Made by a program: the position numbers and the translations under genes. A DNA stretch of 64,000 nucleotides from an uncultured Bacteroides sp. (GTDB lineage Bacteria > Bacteroidota > Bacteroidia > Bacteroidales > GCA-2748055). The stretch lies in NCBI GenBank assembly GCA_964601975.1, contig CAZRPW010000004.1, forward strand, positions 18,050 to 82,049, in the 5' to 3' direction. The first letter of the stretch is position 1. The number at the start of each line of letters is the position of its first letter. The notes under the pieces were generated by a model, which was not told the DNA's origin, made no database searches, and saw only the letters and a program-made list of their open reading frames with translations. Positions 55,426 to 64,000 of this stretch are shown here, in pieces.

Positions 55426-57174
55426 CTACACCAGCGAAACAAACAGGCCGGTATCGGTTTTTTCCACCCTTGCAAGATTGTTTTTGGTAAGTCCTTTGAT
55501 GGCTTTATCCCACTTCTTGTTGCTGAGCCCGGTTTGTCCCTTTAAATCATTCAGGTCCATGGGTGAGCTGGCTTTGAGAAGGTTCATTACCACTTCTTCA
55601 TCGCTCAGCTCAACATCTTCTTCCTTTTGACTTTTGACTTTTGACTTTTCACTTTCCGCCACGGCGGACTCGGGTCGCATCTGCGGGAAGAACAGGACTT
55701 CCTGGATGGAGGACTGGTTGGTCATGAGCATCACAAGGCGGTCCATTCCCATGCCCATGCCCGAGGTGGGGGGCATGCCGTATTCAAGGGCGCGGACAAA
55801 GTCCATGTCGATGAACATGGCTTCATCATCTCCTTTTTCGGAGAGCTTTAGCTGATCCTGGAAACGTTCCAGCTGGTCGATGGGATCGTTCAGTTCGGTG
55901 TAGGCATTGCAGAGCTCTTTACCGTTGACCATCAGTTCGAATCTTTCCGTGAGTTCGGGGTTGTCACGGTGCTTTTTGCATAGGGGCGACATTTCTACCG
56001 GGTAGTCGGTTATAAAGGTAGGTTGGATCATTTTTGCTTCGGCGGTTTCACCGAAAATCTCATCGATGATTTTGCCCTTGCCCATGGAGTCATCCAGCTC
56101 TACGTTCAGTTCTTTGGCCACCTTCCTCAGTCCGGCTTCATCCATCCCGGCTATGTTGTGACCTGTATTTTCCTGAATGGCGTCAATCATTGAGATTCGC
56201 TTGAAGGGACGCTTGAAATCAATCTCCTGCTTGCCAACCATCACTTTGGTGGTGCCATGCAGTTCAAGAGCAACCTTTTCGATCATTTCCTCTGTGAAAT
56301 CCATCATCCAGTGGTAATCCTTGTAAGCCACATAAATCTCCATGACCGTGAATTCCGGGTTGTGGGTCCGGTCCATTCCCTCGTTTCTGAAATCCTTGGA
56401 GAATTCATAAACTCCATCGTATCCACCCACGATCAGTCTTTTAAGGTAGAGTTCGTTGGCAATCCTGAGATAGAGGGGGATGTCGAGGGAATTGTGGTGT
56501 GTAATGAAAGGCCTGGCAGCAGCTCCGCCGGGGATGGGCTGGAGAATAGGTGTTTCCACCTCCAGGTAGCCCTGTTCATTGAAGAAATTCCTCAATGTAG
56601 TATAGACCTGGGTACGTTTTCTGAACAGCTTCCGGGATTCGGGATTAACGATCAGATCCACATAGCGCTGGCGATAGCGGAATTCTGCATCGGTGACTGC
56701 ATCATATACTTTCCCGTCCGCTTCCTTCACAATGGGGAGGGGCCTGATTGATTTACTCAGTATGGTAAGCTTCTGGACATGGATTGAGATTTCACCTACC
56801 TGGGTGCGGAAGGCCTTACCCTTAATTCCGATAATATCTCCAATATCGAGCAGCTTCTTGAAGATGGTATTGTACAGGGTCTTGTCTTCGCCCGGACAAA
56901 GCTCATCTCTGTTCAGGTAGATCTGGATCCGTCCCGAGGAGTCCTGGATCTCTGCGAAGGAAGCTTTTCCCATGATCCGGCGACTCATGATTCTTCCTGC
57001 CAAGGAGATTTCCTGCAGCTGATCTTCATGCGCATCGAAAAGCGTTTTAATTTCTGCTGCTTTATGACTAATGGAATATAATTCAGGAGGATATGGGTTG
57101 TATCCAAGTTTCCTTATCTCATCAAGGGAATTTCTCCTGATTTGTTCCTGTTCGCTAAGTTCGGGATGATGCAT
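55426..57174 (-). CDS. lysS: Lysine--tRNA ligase (class II) with a C-terminal extension
   Basis: [81 protein letters not shown]. Confidence 0.98.
   Translation of the reverse strand: MHHPELSEQEQIRRNSLDEIRKLGYNPYPPELYSISHKAAEIKTLFDAHEDQLQEISLAGRIMSRRIMGKASFAEIQDSSGRIQIYLNRDELCPGEDKTLYNTIFKKLLDIGDIIGIKGKAFRTQVGEISIHVQKLTILSKSIRPLPIVKEADGKVYDAVTDAEFRYRQRYVDLIVNPESRKLFRKRTQVYTTLRNFFNEQGYLEVETPILQPIPGGAAARPFITHHNSLDIPLYLRIANELYLKRLIVGGYDGVYEFSKDFRNEGMDRTHNPEFTVMEIYVAYKDYHWMMDFTEEMIEKVALELHGTTKVMVGKQEIDFKRPFKRISMIDAIQENTGHNIAGMDEAGLRKVAKELNVELDDSMGKGKIIDEIFGETAEAKMIQPTFITDYPVEMSPLCKKHRDNPELTERFELMVNGKELCNAYTELNDPIDQLERFQDQLKLSEKGDDEAMFIDMDFVRALEYGMPPTSGMGMGMDRLVMLMTNQSSIQEVLFFPQMRPESAVAESEKSKVKSQKEEDVELSDEEVVMNLLKASSPMDLNDLKGQTGLSNKKWDKAIKGLTKNNLARVEKTDTGLFVSLV
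55624..55668. repeat. 45-bp in-frame palindrome plus heptamer cassette inside lysS
   Basis: CTTTTGA x3 + CTTTTCA + CTTT (55624..55655) adjoining the palindrome TCCGCC-AC-GGCGGA (55655..55668); encodes [15 protein letters not shown]. Confidence 0.85.
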
Positions 57175-57196
57175 TTCTGGTTTTTTTTTCTGCCTG

Positions 57197-57204
57197 CAAA
57201 CCTA
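57197..57204 (-). promoter_or_regulatory. -7 box (TAGGTTTG) for lysS
   Basis: Exact TAnnTTTG match followed by an A-rich leader. Confidence 0.55.
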
Positions 57205-57283
57205 CATAATGTTTATTATGAAAACAATACGAGGATTCGCTGAAATGAAAGTTTTATAAAGGAAAGGTATAAAAAGATTATGC

Positions 57284-57291
57284 TAATTTTG
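57284..57291 (+). promoter_or_regulatory. -7 box (TAATTTTG) for recJ
   Basis: Exact TAnnTTTG match. Confidence 0.55.
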
Positions 57292-57326
57292 CAGGCTGGA
57301 GACAAGCCTCCAAACTTTCTTGCATC

Positions 57327-59042
57327 ATGGAAAAAAACTGGATAATAAAAGAACAGGGCGAAGAGGAACTGATCGCCTCATTATCCAGTGAGCTCGGGAT
57401 TGAAAAACCCCTGACCCAGTTACTTATTCAGCGCGGCATTAGAACTTTTGATGAGGCGAAGGCCTTTTTCCGGCCCGATCTTGCCAACCTGCATGATCCT
57501 TTTCTGATGAAGAATATGGATGTTGCCATACAGCGGATCAATGATGCAATTCAGTCGGGCGAGAAAGTGATGATTTACGGCGATTACGATGTCGATGGTA
57601 CCACCGCAGTTTCACTTGTGTATTCTTTTTTCAAGGATTACTTTAAAACGATCGACTATTATATACCCGACCGCTATGCGGAGGGCTATGGAATTTCCCT
57701 GAAGGGAATAGACCTGGCTGCACAGGAGGGATTTACTTTGATCATTGCACTGGATTGTGGAATCAAAGCCATAGAAAAGATCGAATATGCCCGGGGAAAG
57801 GGTGTGGAATTTATTATTTGCGATCATCATAATCCGGGTGAAACTGTCCCCGATGCTGCAGCGGTTCTGGACCCGAAGCAAGCAGGCTGCTCTTATCCCT
57901 TCAAAGAACTTTCAGGTTGTGGTGTGGGGTTAAAATTGATTCAGGCCTTTGGTATTCATGCCGGACTTCCCAAAGAACAGGTCTATGATTATCTCGATCT
58001 TGTGGTGGTCAGTATCGCTTCTGATATTGTTCCAATTACCGGTGAAAACAGAATCCTGGCTCACTTTGGTTTGAAAAAGCTGAATGAAAGACCCTCCATT
58101 GGTCTGCGTGCCATTTGTGATGTGGCAGGCATTGGATCAAGTGGGATCGACATTGAAGATATTGTCTTTAAGATTGGTCCCAGGATTAATGCAGCAGGCC
58201 GGATGGAGTCGGGAAAGAAATCCGTGGAACTACTGGTTTGTGAGAAGCGTAAGGAGGCCAAAATTTTAAGCCAGAGGATTAATAGTTTTAATGTGGATCG
58301 AAGGAGCATCGATACTGAAATCACCAAACAGGCCATAGAGATGATCCAGGGCAATGTGAGCTTGCAGGAGAAAAACTCTACCGTCCTCTATAATCCCGAG
58401 TGGCATAAAGGGGTGATAGGTATTGTAGCTTCCAGGCTCATGGATCACTATTACAAGCCTACGATTATTCTTACACAATCCAATGGATTTGCCACAGGTT
58501 CGGCAAGGTCGGTTAATGGATTTGATCTTTACCAGGCGGTAGAGGCATGCAGCGATTTGCTTGAAAATTTCGGCGGACATAAGTATGCGGCAGGCTTGAC
58601 CATGAAGGTGAGCAAGGTTCCGGAATTCACCGAGCGATTTGAGAAGATTGTAGAGGAAACTATTGATCCTGAAAAGTTGATACCCGTTGTTGAAATTGAC
58701 ACTGAACTGAAGTTGAGTCAGATCGATGATAAATTTTTTCGGATCCTCAAGCAGTTTCAGCCCTTCGGCCCCGAGAACAGCAGTCCGATCTTTCTTTCCG
58801 AAAATGTGGTGGACAATGGATATGGCAGAACAGTGGGCGCTAATAACGAACATCTGAAACTTACATTGATCCAGGAGGAGAATCCCTTCCAGGTGTTTTC
58901 GGGTATCGCTTTTCATATGGGACATCGGATAAATCAGGTCAGTAAGGGAGCTCCCTTTGATATATGCTACCAGCTGATGGAGAATGAGTTTCGCGGCAGG
59001 GTAAATCTTCAGATCCATATTCTGGATATGAAATTTGATTAA
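57327..59042 (+). CDS. recJ: Single-stranded DNA exonuclease RecJ
   Basis: YGDYDVDG, YIPDRYAEGYG, LDCG, ICDHH, GPRINAAGRM, GVIGIVAS, GSARS, FGGHKYAAG. Confidence 0.97.
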   Translation: MEKNWIIKEQGEEELIASLSSELGIEKPLTQLLIQRGIRTFDEAKAFFRPDLANLHDPFLMKNMDVAIQRINDAIQSGEKVMIYGDYDVDGTTAVSLVYSFFKDYFKTIDYYIPDRYAEGYGISLKGIDLAAQEGFTLIIALDCGIKAIEKIEYARGKGVEFIICDHHNPGETVPDAAAVLDPKQAGCSYPFKELSGCGVGLKLIQAFGIHAGLPKEQVYDYLDLVVVSIASDIVPITGENRILAHFGLKKLNERPSIGLRAICDVAGIGSSGIDIEDIVFKIGPRINAAGRMESGKKSVELLVCEKRKEAKILSQRINSFNVDRRSIDTEITKQAIEMIQGNVSLQEKNSTVLYNPEWHKGVIGIVASRLMDHYYKPTIILTQSNGFATGSARSVNGFDLYQAVEACSDLLENFGGHKYAAGLTMKVSKVPEFTERFEKIVEETIDPEKLIPVVEIDTELKLSQIDDKFFRILKQFQPFGPENSSPIFLSENVVDNGYGRTVGANNEHLKLTLIQEENPFQVFSGIAFHMGHRINQVSKGAPFDICYQLMENEFRGRVNLQIHILDMKFD

Positions 59043-61000
59043 ATATTCAGGCGAAGCTGGAAGCCGGCTTCCCAAATCCCAACCCCATTTTTTTTAATGA
59101 TTGAGCACTTTCCTTCAAGGCTAAGTCCCTTCGTGGCTTTCATTAAGGTCACCAAGGTAAATCTGTTACCTGTGCCGCTATATACCGGGAACCTGAATTG
59201 TTGATACAGGCCAGGTTCGTAAAGGCATATTCTGTTGTCCCAGGAAGGAACATTAAATATCACAAGTTGAACAGTGCACTTTAGCCTTTTTGTAAGCTGA
59301 AGTCTTGCCTGCTGAAGGGCTGCATGTCCTAATTCTGAAGCCTTCCCGGGGCTATAGGAGATCACAAGCCTCGATTGCCAGGTGAAACGATCAATGGGAC
59401 TTAAAGAAATCCTGCCATCGATTCTGCTATTTTGCATGCTTTTCAGAGGGCGGATTCCGGACAGATTGACCGAAGGGGTTTGCTGCCTGCTGGTTTTTAT
59501 AAGCACAAATTTCCACTGTAGTTTTTCAAATACGCCGTTGTGAAGGGCGAGTTTGTAACGGAATCCTGATGAGGGTACCAGGGCCTGAGAGCAGGGAGCG
59601 GGATAATTGTAAATCTGAATGGACAGATCGGCCCGGATTTCTCTGAAAGGCTCGCTCTGCATAAGCAGCAGGAGACCATTTTCATTGGCGATTTGGCTTC
59701 CCCATGCGTACGCAGATGCGAAGGCCTCCTGGTGCCTTAATCCATATTTGTGAAATTGAAGGGTTCCGGAGAGAAAATCATTTACATGGAAACGACCTCC
59801 ACCTATGAAGGCAGAAGATTGATGGTTGCCAGGGGCAAGCTCCCCGTAAAAATCAAACTTTCTTAGTCTCCAATGCCACTGGATACTGGTGGCCTGATGG
59901 AGTTTAGGTCCTTGAGGGTATTGCAGACTGTCTCTCCCCCTGGCACTCAGGTCGCTGATCCTGGCGATATACTGTGCGCCAAGGCTCAGGGTCCCGAAGT
60001 TCACCGAAGCCTGGATGCCGGCACAGCCCAGGTAGGCCAGGTTCCGTCCTGACTGTTCGGCCGATGTCCGGTGCATTCCTGTCTCCCTGATATAGTTTGT
60101 CCAATCGATGTTTTCACCAGTGCTGTCCAGGTCGTTCAGGGAGAGATCTATATGCTGGAAGGAAGACCACAACAAAAGATTTGCCTTTGCCAGGTTCAGT
60201 TTAAGTGCTGCGCCCTGGTGGATAAGATTTTCTCCAGCTCCGGCATAGGGTTTCAATGAGGAGAGGATGATTGGCCTGGATTGAACAGCTTCCGGGGTAT
60301 GCATGAGACCGGCTCCCTGTATAAGTCCCATCCCGTTATTAATGCGGTAGCTGCCCAGAATCAGTCTATCCACGAGTCGTGCTCCTTTTATATCCAGGTA
60401 GCCCGTTAGGTGTTCGGGGCGATATCCCCACAGGCTTTTTTCTCCCTGATCCTTCTCATATGCGAGTCCGGCCGAAACCTTCGGGCCGATACCGCTTTTT
60501 ATCCGAAGACTGGTTTTCCAGAGGGATCCGGGGTATGTGGACTGGTCATTGGTGCTGTTGAAGCTTTTCCCTGCAAACATCAGGAAGCGGGTTCCGGACT
60601 CTTTTACCTGGCTGTTTCGGGTTGTTTTGCTGACCGTAATGTAAGCCGACTGCTTTGCCAGGCGCTGCTTTCTGAACCCCTCCAGGGATGCCAGTTCATA
60701 AACGGATAGCAGGTCGCCATACTTTTCCCTGTAGCTGAGGATGGAATGTACCTGGAAAACACTGAAAAGTCCACAGGATAGCAGTTGTTCCATGGTGGCC
60801 AGATTAAGGTTGATTGGATAGAGAAGCAATTCCTGATGAGTTTCAAGCGCATCTTCTGAGATTTGAGATTCATCATCAAGGATGAGGGTCTCCTCTGCTT
60901 CCCCTATCCAGGTCTCCACATTCTGAGCCCCGATCGGGAAGCCTATGCAGGCCAAAAGAGCGCTGCACATCATCCAGGCAAGTCTGGCATTACCAAACAT
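59039..61000 (-). CDS. ComEA-like helix-hairpin-helix domain fused to a probable outer-membrane beta-barrel
   Basis: Signal peptide; PINLNLAT.EQL......S......ILSYREKYG...SVYEL..LEGF; then EKDQGE, D..ILG.Y....G.GL, YEP..Y, and a terminal amphipathic strand FQLRLNI. Start at ATG 61000. Confidence 0.75.
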   Translation of the reverse strand: MFGNARLAWMMCSALLACIGFPIGAQNVETWIGEAEETLILDDESQISEDALETHQELLLYPINLNLATMEQLLSCGLFSVFQVHSILSYREKYGDLLSVYELASLEGFRKQRLAKQSAYITVSKTTRNSQVKESGTRFLMFAGKSFNSTNDQSTYPGSLWKTSLRIKSGIGPKVSAGLAYEKDQGEKSLWGYRPEHLTGYLDIKGARLVDRLILGSYRINNGMGLIQGAGLMHTPEAVQSRPIILSSLKPYAGAGENLIHQGAALKLNLAKANLLLWSSFQHIDLSLNDLDSTGENIDWTNYIRETGMHRTSAEQSGRNLAYLGCAGIQASVNFGTLSLGAQYIARISDLSARGRDSLQYPQGPKLHQATSIQWHWRLRKFDFYGELAPGNHQSSAFIGGGRFHVNDFLSGTLQFHKYGLRHQEAFASAYAWGSQIANENGLLLLMQSEPFREIRADLSIQIYNYPAPCSQALVPSSGFRYKLALHNGVFEKLQWKFVLIKTSRQQTPSVNLSGIRPLKSMQNSRIDGRISLSPIDRFTWQSRLVISYSPGKASELGHAALQQARLQLTKRLKCTVQLVIFNVPSWDNRICLYEPGLYQQFRFPVYSGTGNRFTLVTLMKATKGLSLEGKCSIIKKNGVGIWEAGFQLRLNI

Positions 61001-61823
61001 GGGAGAGGGAGGTGGAAGGGCTAATACCGGTATCCATGCTGCATACGGCCGCCAGGGTGATACCCCAGCTTCGGTATTCAAGAGCGAGTCCGGCCGAAAG
61101 AGACCAGGGCATGTTATTCATTCCAAGAAAAATCTGCAGGGATTCTGTAATATCAATTGCAATCCCATTGCACCATTGCACAGGAGATCCGGCAGAAATG
61201 TGGAATTCTGTATAAAAGCTGGCAGTATTAAAGAATGTATAGGAAAGACCCGTGCAAGTCATTAAAAGTGTTTTGCTACTGCCCGGCCCGTCCTTGCTCC
61301 AGGCTGAAGGGTGGTTTACATGAGCGCCCAGGATCAGGTCTTCGCTGAGCATGAATTGTAAACCTATGGCAAAACCTAATGCAGGATGAAAGAGCACTTC
61401 GTCAGGGATACTGGTAAAGTGAAAATGTAATCCTAGCCCGGCATAGAGGCGTGGATGAAGCCTGAGCCCATAGGATATCCAGGCTGAATTTTGTCTCATG
61501 CCTGGGATTCCCATGGAGGTGAGAACCATGCCAGGGGCACCCCGATTCAGAGAGGCCTGGACAGATAAGGAGATTATATCCAGCTGTGGTGTAATAAAAG
61601 GACGAATATGGTGCAGGGAGCTGCTGCTTTCTGCCAATCGTCCAAGTCCGGCCTGGTTCAAAGAGGCAGAGGCCAATCCGGCACTACTTGCATAGCACTG
61701 TCCCAATGCCAGGGTCCTGGCATTGTGCTGGTATAGCTGAGCACCAGCCTGGCACCAGGACAAAAAAAAGACCGGGATCAAAAGTCCCGGTCTCCTAATA
61801 AGCCACTTTCGTGGAAGTATCAT
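60990..61823 (-). CDS. Exported, probable outer-membrane beta-barrel protein (PorV/FadL-like pattern)
   Basis: Signal peptide, ARTLALG......S......NQAGL, alternating-residue strands, C-terminal Trp; overlaps the HhH gene by 11 bp. Confidence 0.65.
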   Translation of the reverse strand: MILPRKWLIRRPGLLIPVFFLSWCQAGAQLYQHNARTLALGQCYASSAGLASASLNQAGLGRLAESSSSLHHIRPFITPQLDIISLSVQASLNRGAPGMVLTSMGIPGMRQNSAWISYGLRLHPRLYAGLGLHFHFTSIPDEVLFHPALGFAIGLQFMLSEDLILGAHVNHPSAWSKDGPGSSKTLLMTCTGLSYTFFNTASFYTEFHISAGSPVQWCNGIAIDITESLQIFLGMNNMPWSLSAGLALEYRSWGITLAAVCSMDTGISPSTSLSHVW

Positions 61824-61830
61824 TTGCTGC

Positions 61831-62343
61831 TCAATTGGTTTTAAATTTATATGAAACCTCCTTCAGCTCCTGGTTCGCCTTTACAATCTTTGTAGCCAGT
61901 TTGGCTTTGAAGTCCTTCATCTTTTCAAGCAGAACTTCATCACCTGTTGCCAGAATCTGAACGGCCAGGATTCCCGCATTCATTGCAGCGTCGAGCCCCA
62001 CCGTTGCCACCGGGATCCCTGGAGGCATTTGCAGGATGCTCAGGATGGAGTCCCATCCGTCGATGGAAATAGAGGCCTTAATGGGCACTCCAATCACAGG
62101 CAGTGGAGTGAGGGCTGCCATGACCCCGGGTAGGTGTGCTGCACCACCAGCTCCTGCTATGATCACCCTGATTCCCCTGTCGGCAGCATTCTTGCCAAAT
62201 TCCGCAGCCTCATCCGGTGTCCGGTGAGCAGATAAAGCATTGATCTCAAACGGAATCTCAAACTCATCCAGCAATTTTGCTGCTTTTTCCATGATGGGAA
62301 GGTCCGATGTGCTTCCCATGATTATACTGACTCTGGGTTTCAT
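61831..62343 (-). CDS. purE: N5-carboxyaminoimidazole ribonucleotide mutase
   Basis: IMGSTSD, SAHRTP, IAGAGGAAHLPG, PVIGVP, SILQMPPGIPVATV. Confidence 0.97.
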   Translation of the reverse strand: MKPRVSIIMGSTSDLPIMEKAAKLLDEFEIPFEINALSAHRTPDEAAEFGKNAADRGIRVIIAGAGGAAHLPGVMAALTPLPVIGVPIKASISIDGWDSILSILQMPPGIPVATVGLDAAMNAGILAVQILATGDEVLLEKMKDFKAKLATKIVKANQELKEVSYKFKTN

Positions 62344-62377
62344 ATGATTGATGTTCTTTGTGGTTAAATATCAGCTA

Positions 62378-62385
62378 CAAAAATA
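62378..62385 (-). promoter_or_regulatory. -7 box (TATTTTTG) for purE
   Basis: Exact TAnnTTTG match. Confidence 0.45.
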
Positions 62386-62437
62386 TAAATATTTTTATTC
62401 TTGTAGATCATTGAGTATTTTGAGAAAAATTAGACAG

Positions 62438-62989
62438 ATGAAGGAAAGAATTGTACAGGTGAGGGATAAGTATTTTGAACCTTTTATCCCGGAAGAGCGT
62501 ATTCAGCAGGAGGTTAGCAGGATTGCCCGGCAGATGAATGAGGAACTTGCAGATAAAGATCCCATCTTCCTGGGGATCCTTAATGGCGCTTTTATGTTTG
62601 CCAGCGACCTGTATAAACAGATTACCTTTCCATGCCAGATCACTTTTCTGAAGCTTACCTCCTACAGTGGGACCAAATCAACGGGAACGGTTAAACAGCT
62701 AATCGGGATTAACTTTGATCTCAAAGACCGGGTAGTGGTGGTGCTGGAGGACATCGTGGACACCGGGATCACACTTGAAACCATTATCAGGCAGCTATCG
62801 GGTTATGAGCCTGCAGAAATTAGGGTGGCCACTTTTTTACATAAGCCCGATGCCACCATCCGTGATGTGAAGTTGGACTATGTGGGTATTGAAATTCCTA
62901 ATGACTTCATCCTGGGCTACGGTCTGGATTATGATGGATATGGCAGGAATTTCAAGGAAATCTACCAATTGGTGGATTCAGGGAAATAA
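62438..62989 (+). CDS. hpt: Hypoxanthine phosphoribosyltransferase
   Basis: ILNGAFMFASDL, SYSGT.STG, VLEDIVDTGITL, FILGYGLDY...GRN; start at ATG 62438. Confidence 0.95.
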   Translation: MKERIVQVRDKYFEPFIPEERIQQEVSRIARQMNEELADKDPIFLGILNGAFMFASDLYKQITFPCQITFLKLTSYSGTKSTGTVKQLIGINFDLKDRVVVVLEDIVDTGITLETIIRQLSGYEPAEIRVATFLHKPDATIRDVKLDYVGIEIPNDFILGYGLDYDGYGRNFKEIYQLVDSGK

Positions 62990-63045
62990 ATCTGTATTTT
63001 GATAGAATCATACTCATAAATCTGCTAAAAGGCAGAATGATTTAT

Positions 63046-63053
63046 TACTTTTG
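63046..63053 (+). promoter_or_regulatory. -7 box (TACTTTTG) for adk-obgE
   Basis: Exact TAnnTTTG match; supports the adk start at ATG 63081. Confidence 0.55.
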
Positions 63054-63080
63054 TCTTCGTTAAAAACCAATAAAAATATC

Positions 63081-63653
63081 ATGCTTAATATTGTATTATT
63101 CGGCCCTCCGGGATCGGGAAAAGGAACACAGGCCTGCAAGATCATTGAGAAGTACAACCTGGTGCATATTTCAACCGGAGACCTTTTGAGGCAAGAGGTT
63201 ACTGCCCAGACTAAACTGGGGATTCAGGCCAAGGAGATTATGGACAAGGGAGAGCTTGTTTCCGATAAGATTGTGATCGGTATGATTCGCAACAAACTGA
63301 AAAAGAATCTGGATGGAAATGGATTTATTTTTGACGGATTCCCAAGAACTGTTGAACAGGCAAGGGAATTACGCAATGCACTCACCAAGCTCGATGAGCG
63401 TGTGAGTGTGATGATTTCACTGGATGTTCCCAAGGAGGAGCTTGTGAAAAGGTTGATTAAAAGGGGAGAAGAGACCGGGCGTTCAGATGATAACCTGGAG
63501 ACCATTAATAACCGCATTGATGTTTATACGCGGCAGACAGTTCCTGTAACCTACTATTATGACAAGATGCATAAGCATGCTGCTATTGATGGTACTGGGA
63601 CCGTGGATAAGATTTTCGAGCGCATTGTTGAGGTGATTGAAAAAGTGAACTGA
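63081..63653 (+). CDS. adk: Adenylate kinase (short-LID type)
   Basis: GPPGSGKGTQA, HISTGDLLR, G.LV.D, FDGFPRT..QA, R.DD. Confidence 0.96.
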   Translation: MLNIVLFGPPGSGKGTQACKIIEKYNLVHISTGDLLRQEVTAQTKLGIQAKEIMDKGELVSDKIVIGMIRNKLKKNLDGNGFIFDGFPRTVEQARELRNALTKLDERVSVMISLDVPKEELVKRLIKRGEETGRSDDNLETINNRIDVYTRQTVPVTYYYDKMHKHAAIDGTGTVDKIFERIVEVIEKVN

Positions 63654-63676
63654 CCTAATTCAACTCTATATTTCCT

Positions 63677-64000
63677 ATGTCAAACACCAACTTCGTCGAC
63701 TATGTGAAGGTCTTCTGCCGATCGGGAAACGGCGGTGGTGGATCGGCACATCTGCGCCGGGATAAGCTCACCAGTAAAGGCGGTCCTGACGGGGGAGATG
63801 GAGGAAGAGGCGGCCATATTATTGTGAAGGGTAATAGCCAGCTATGGACGCTCTTGCATTTGAAATACCGGAGACATGTTTTTGCCACCAATGGGGAATC
63901 GGGTGGGTCTTCTCTAAAGACCGGGTCCGACGGAGAAGATAACTATATTGAAGTTCCCCTGGGTACAGTGGCACGCGATCCGGAGTCCAAAGAGGTGCTT
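63677..64000 (+). CDS. obgE: Obg-family GTPase ObgE (5' part; runs off the right edge)
   Basis: Not in the ORF track. Manual translation: [64 protein letters not shown]...[13 protein letters not shown]. Confidence 0.96.
   Translation, partial: MSNTNFVDYVKVFCRSGNGGGGSAHLRRDKLTSKGGPDGGDGGRGGHIIVKGNSQLWTLLHLKYRRHVFATNGESGGSSLKTGSDGEDNYIEVPLGTVARDPESKEVL

Noticed and set aside
58266-59075. 269-aa minus-strand ORF
   Set aside because: Antisense shadow of recJ.

Overview
Chromosomal window from a Bacteroidota bacterium, most likely an environmental Bacteroidales/Marinilabiliales-type organism. That assignment rests on TAnnTTTG -7 promoter boxes, T9SS-type C-terminal domains, a PorP/SprF paralog and Bacteroidota-style housekeeping genes. 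Core genes are mreB-mreC-mreD-mrdA-rodA, purH, mgtE, rsmA, pgi, ppk2, upp, glnA, trpB, lysS, recJ, purE, hpt, adk, a partial obgE and tRNA-Thr(CGT). No CRISPR array, rRNA, transposase or integrase was seen. The best candidate for an undescribed system is a tightly packed minus-strand run (33031 to 22206). It holds a receiver/pseudo-histidine-kinase, a 1027-aa ABCG-topology ABC protein, three uncharacterised exported proteins, a PorP-like barrel and a PD40-SPOR protein. Other notable items are a probable arginine-synthetase/cDPGS-family ligase, four exported CXXCH proteins, and a ComEA-HhH outer-membrane gene pair. There is also a palindromic operator upstream of hsp20, a 7-bp repeat family found both intergenically and in-frame inside lysS, and several cryptic gene remnants absent from the ORF track, including a doubly deleted paralog of the DUF2271-PKD-T9SS gene. 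All family calls come from motif recognition by eye; no database search was run.
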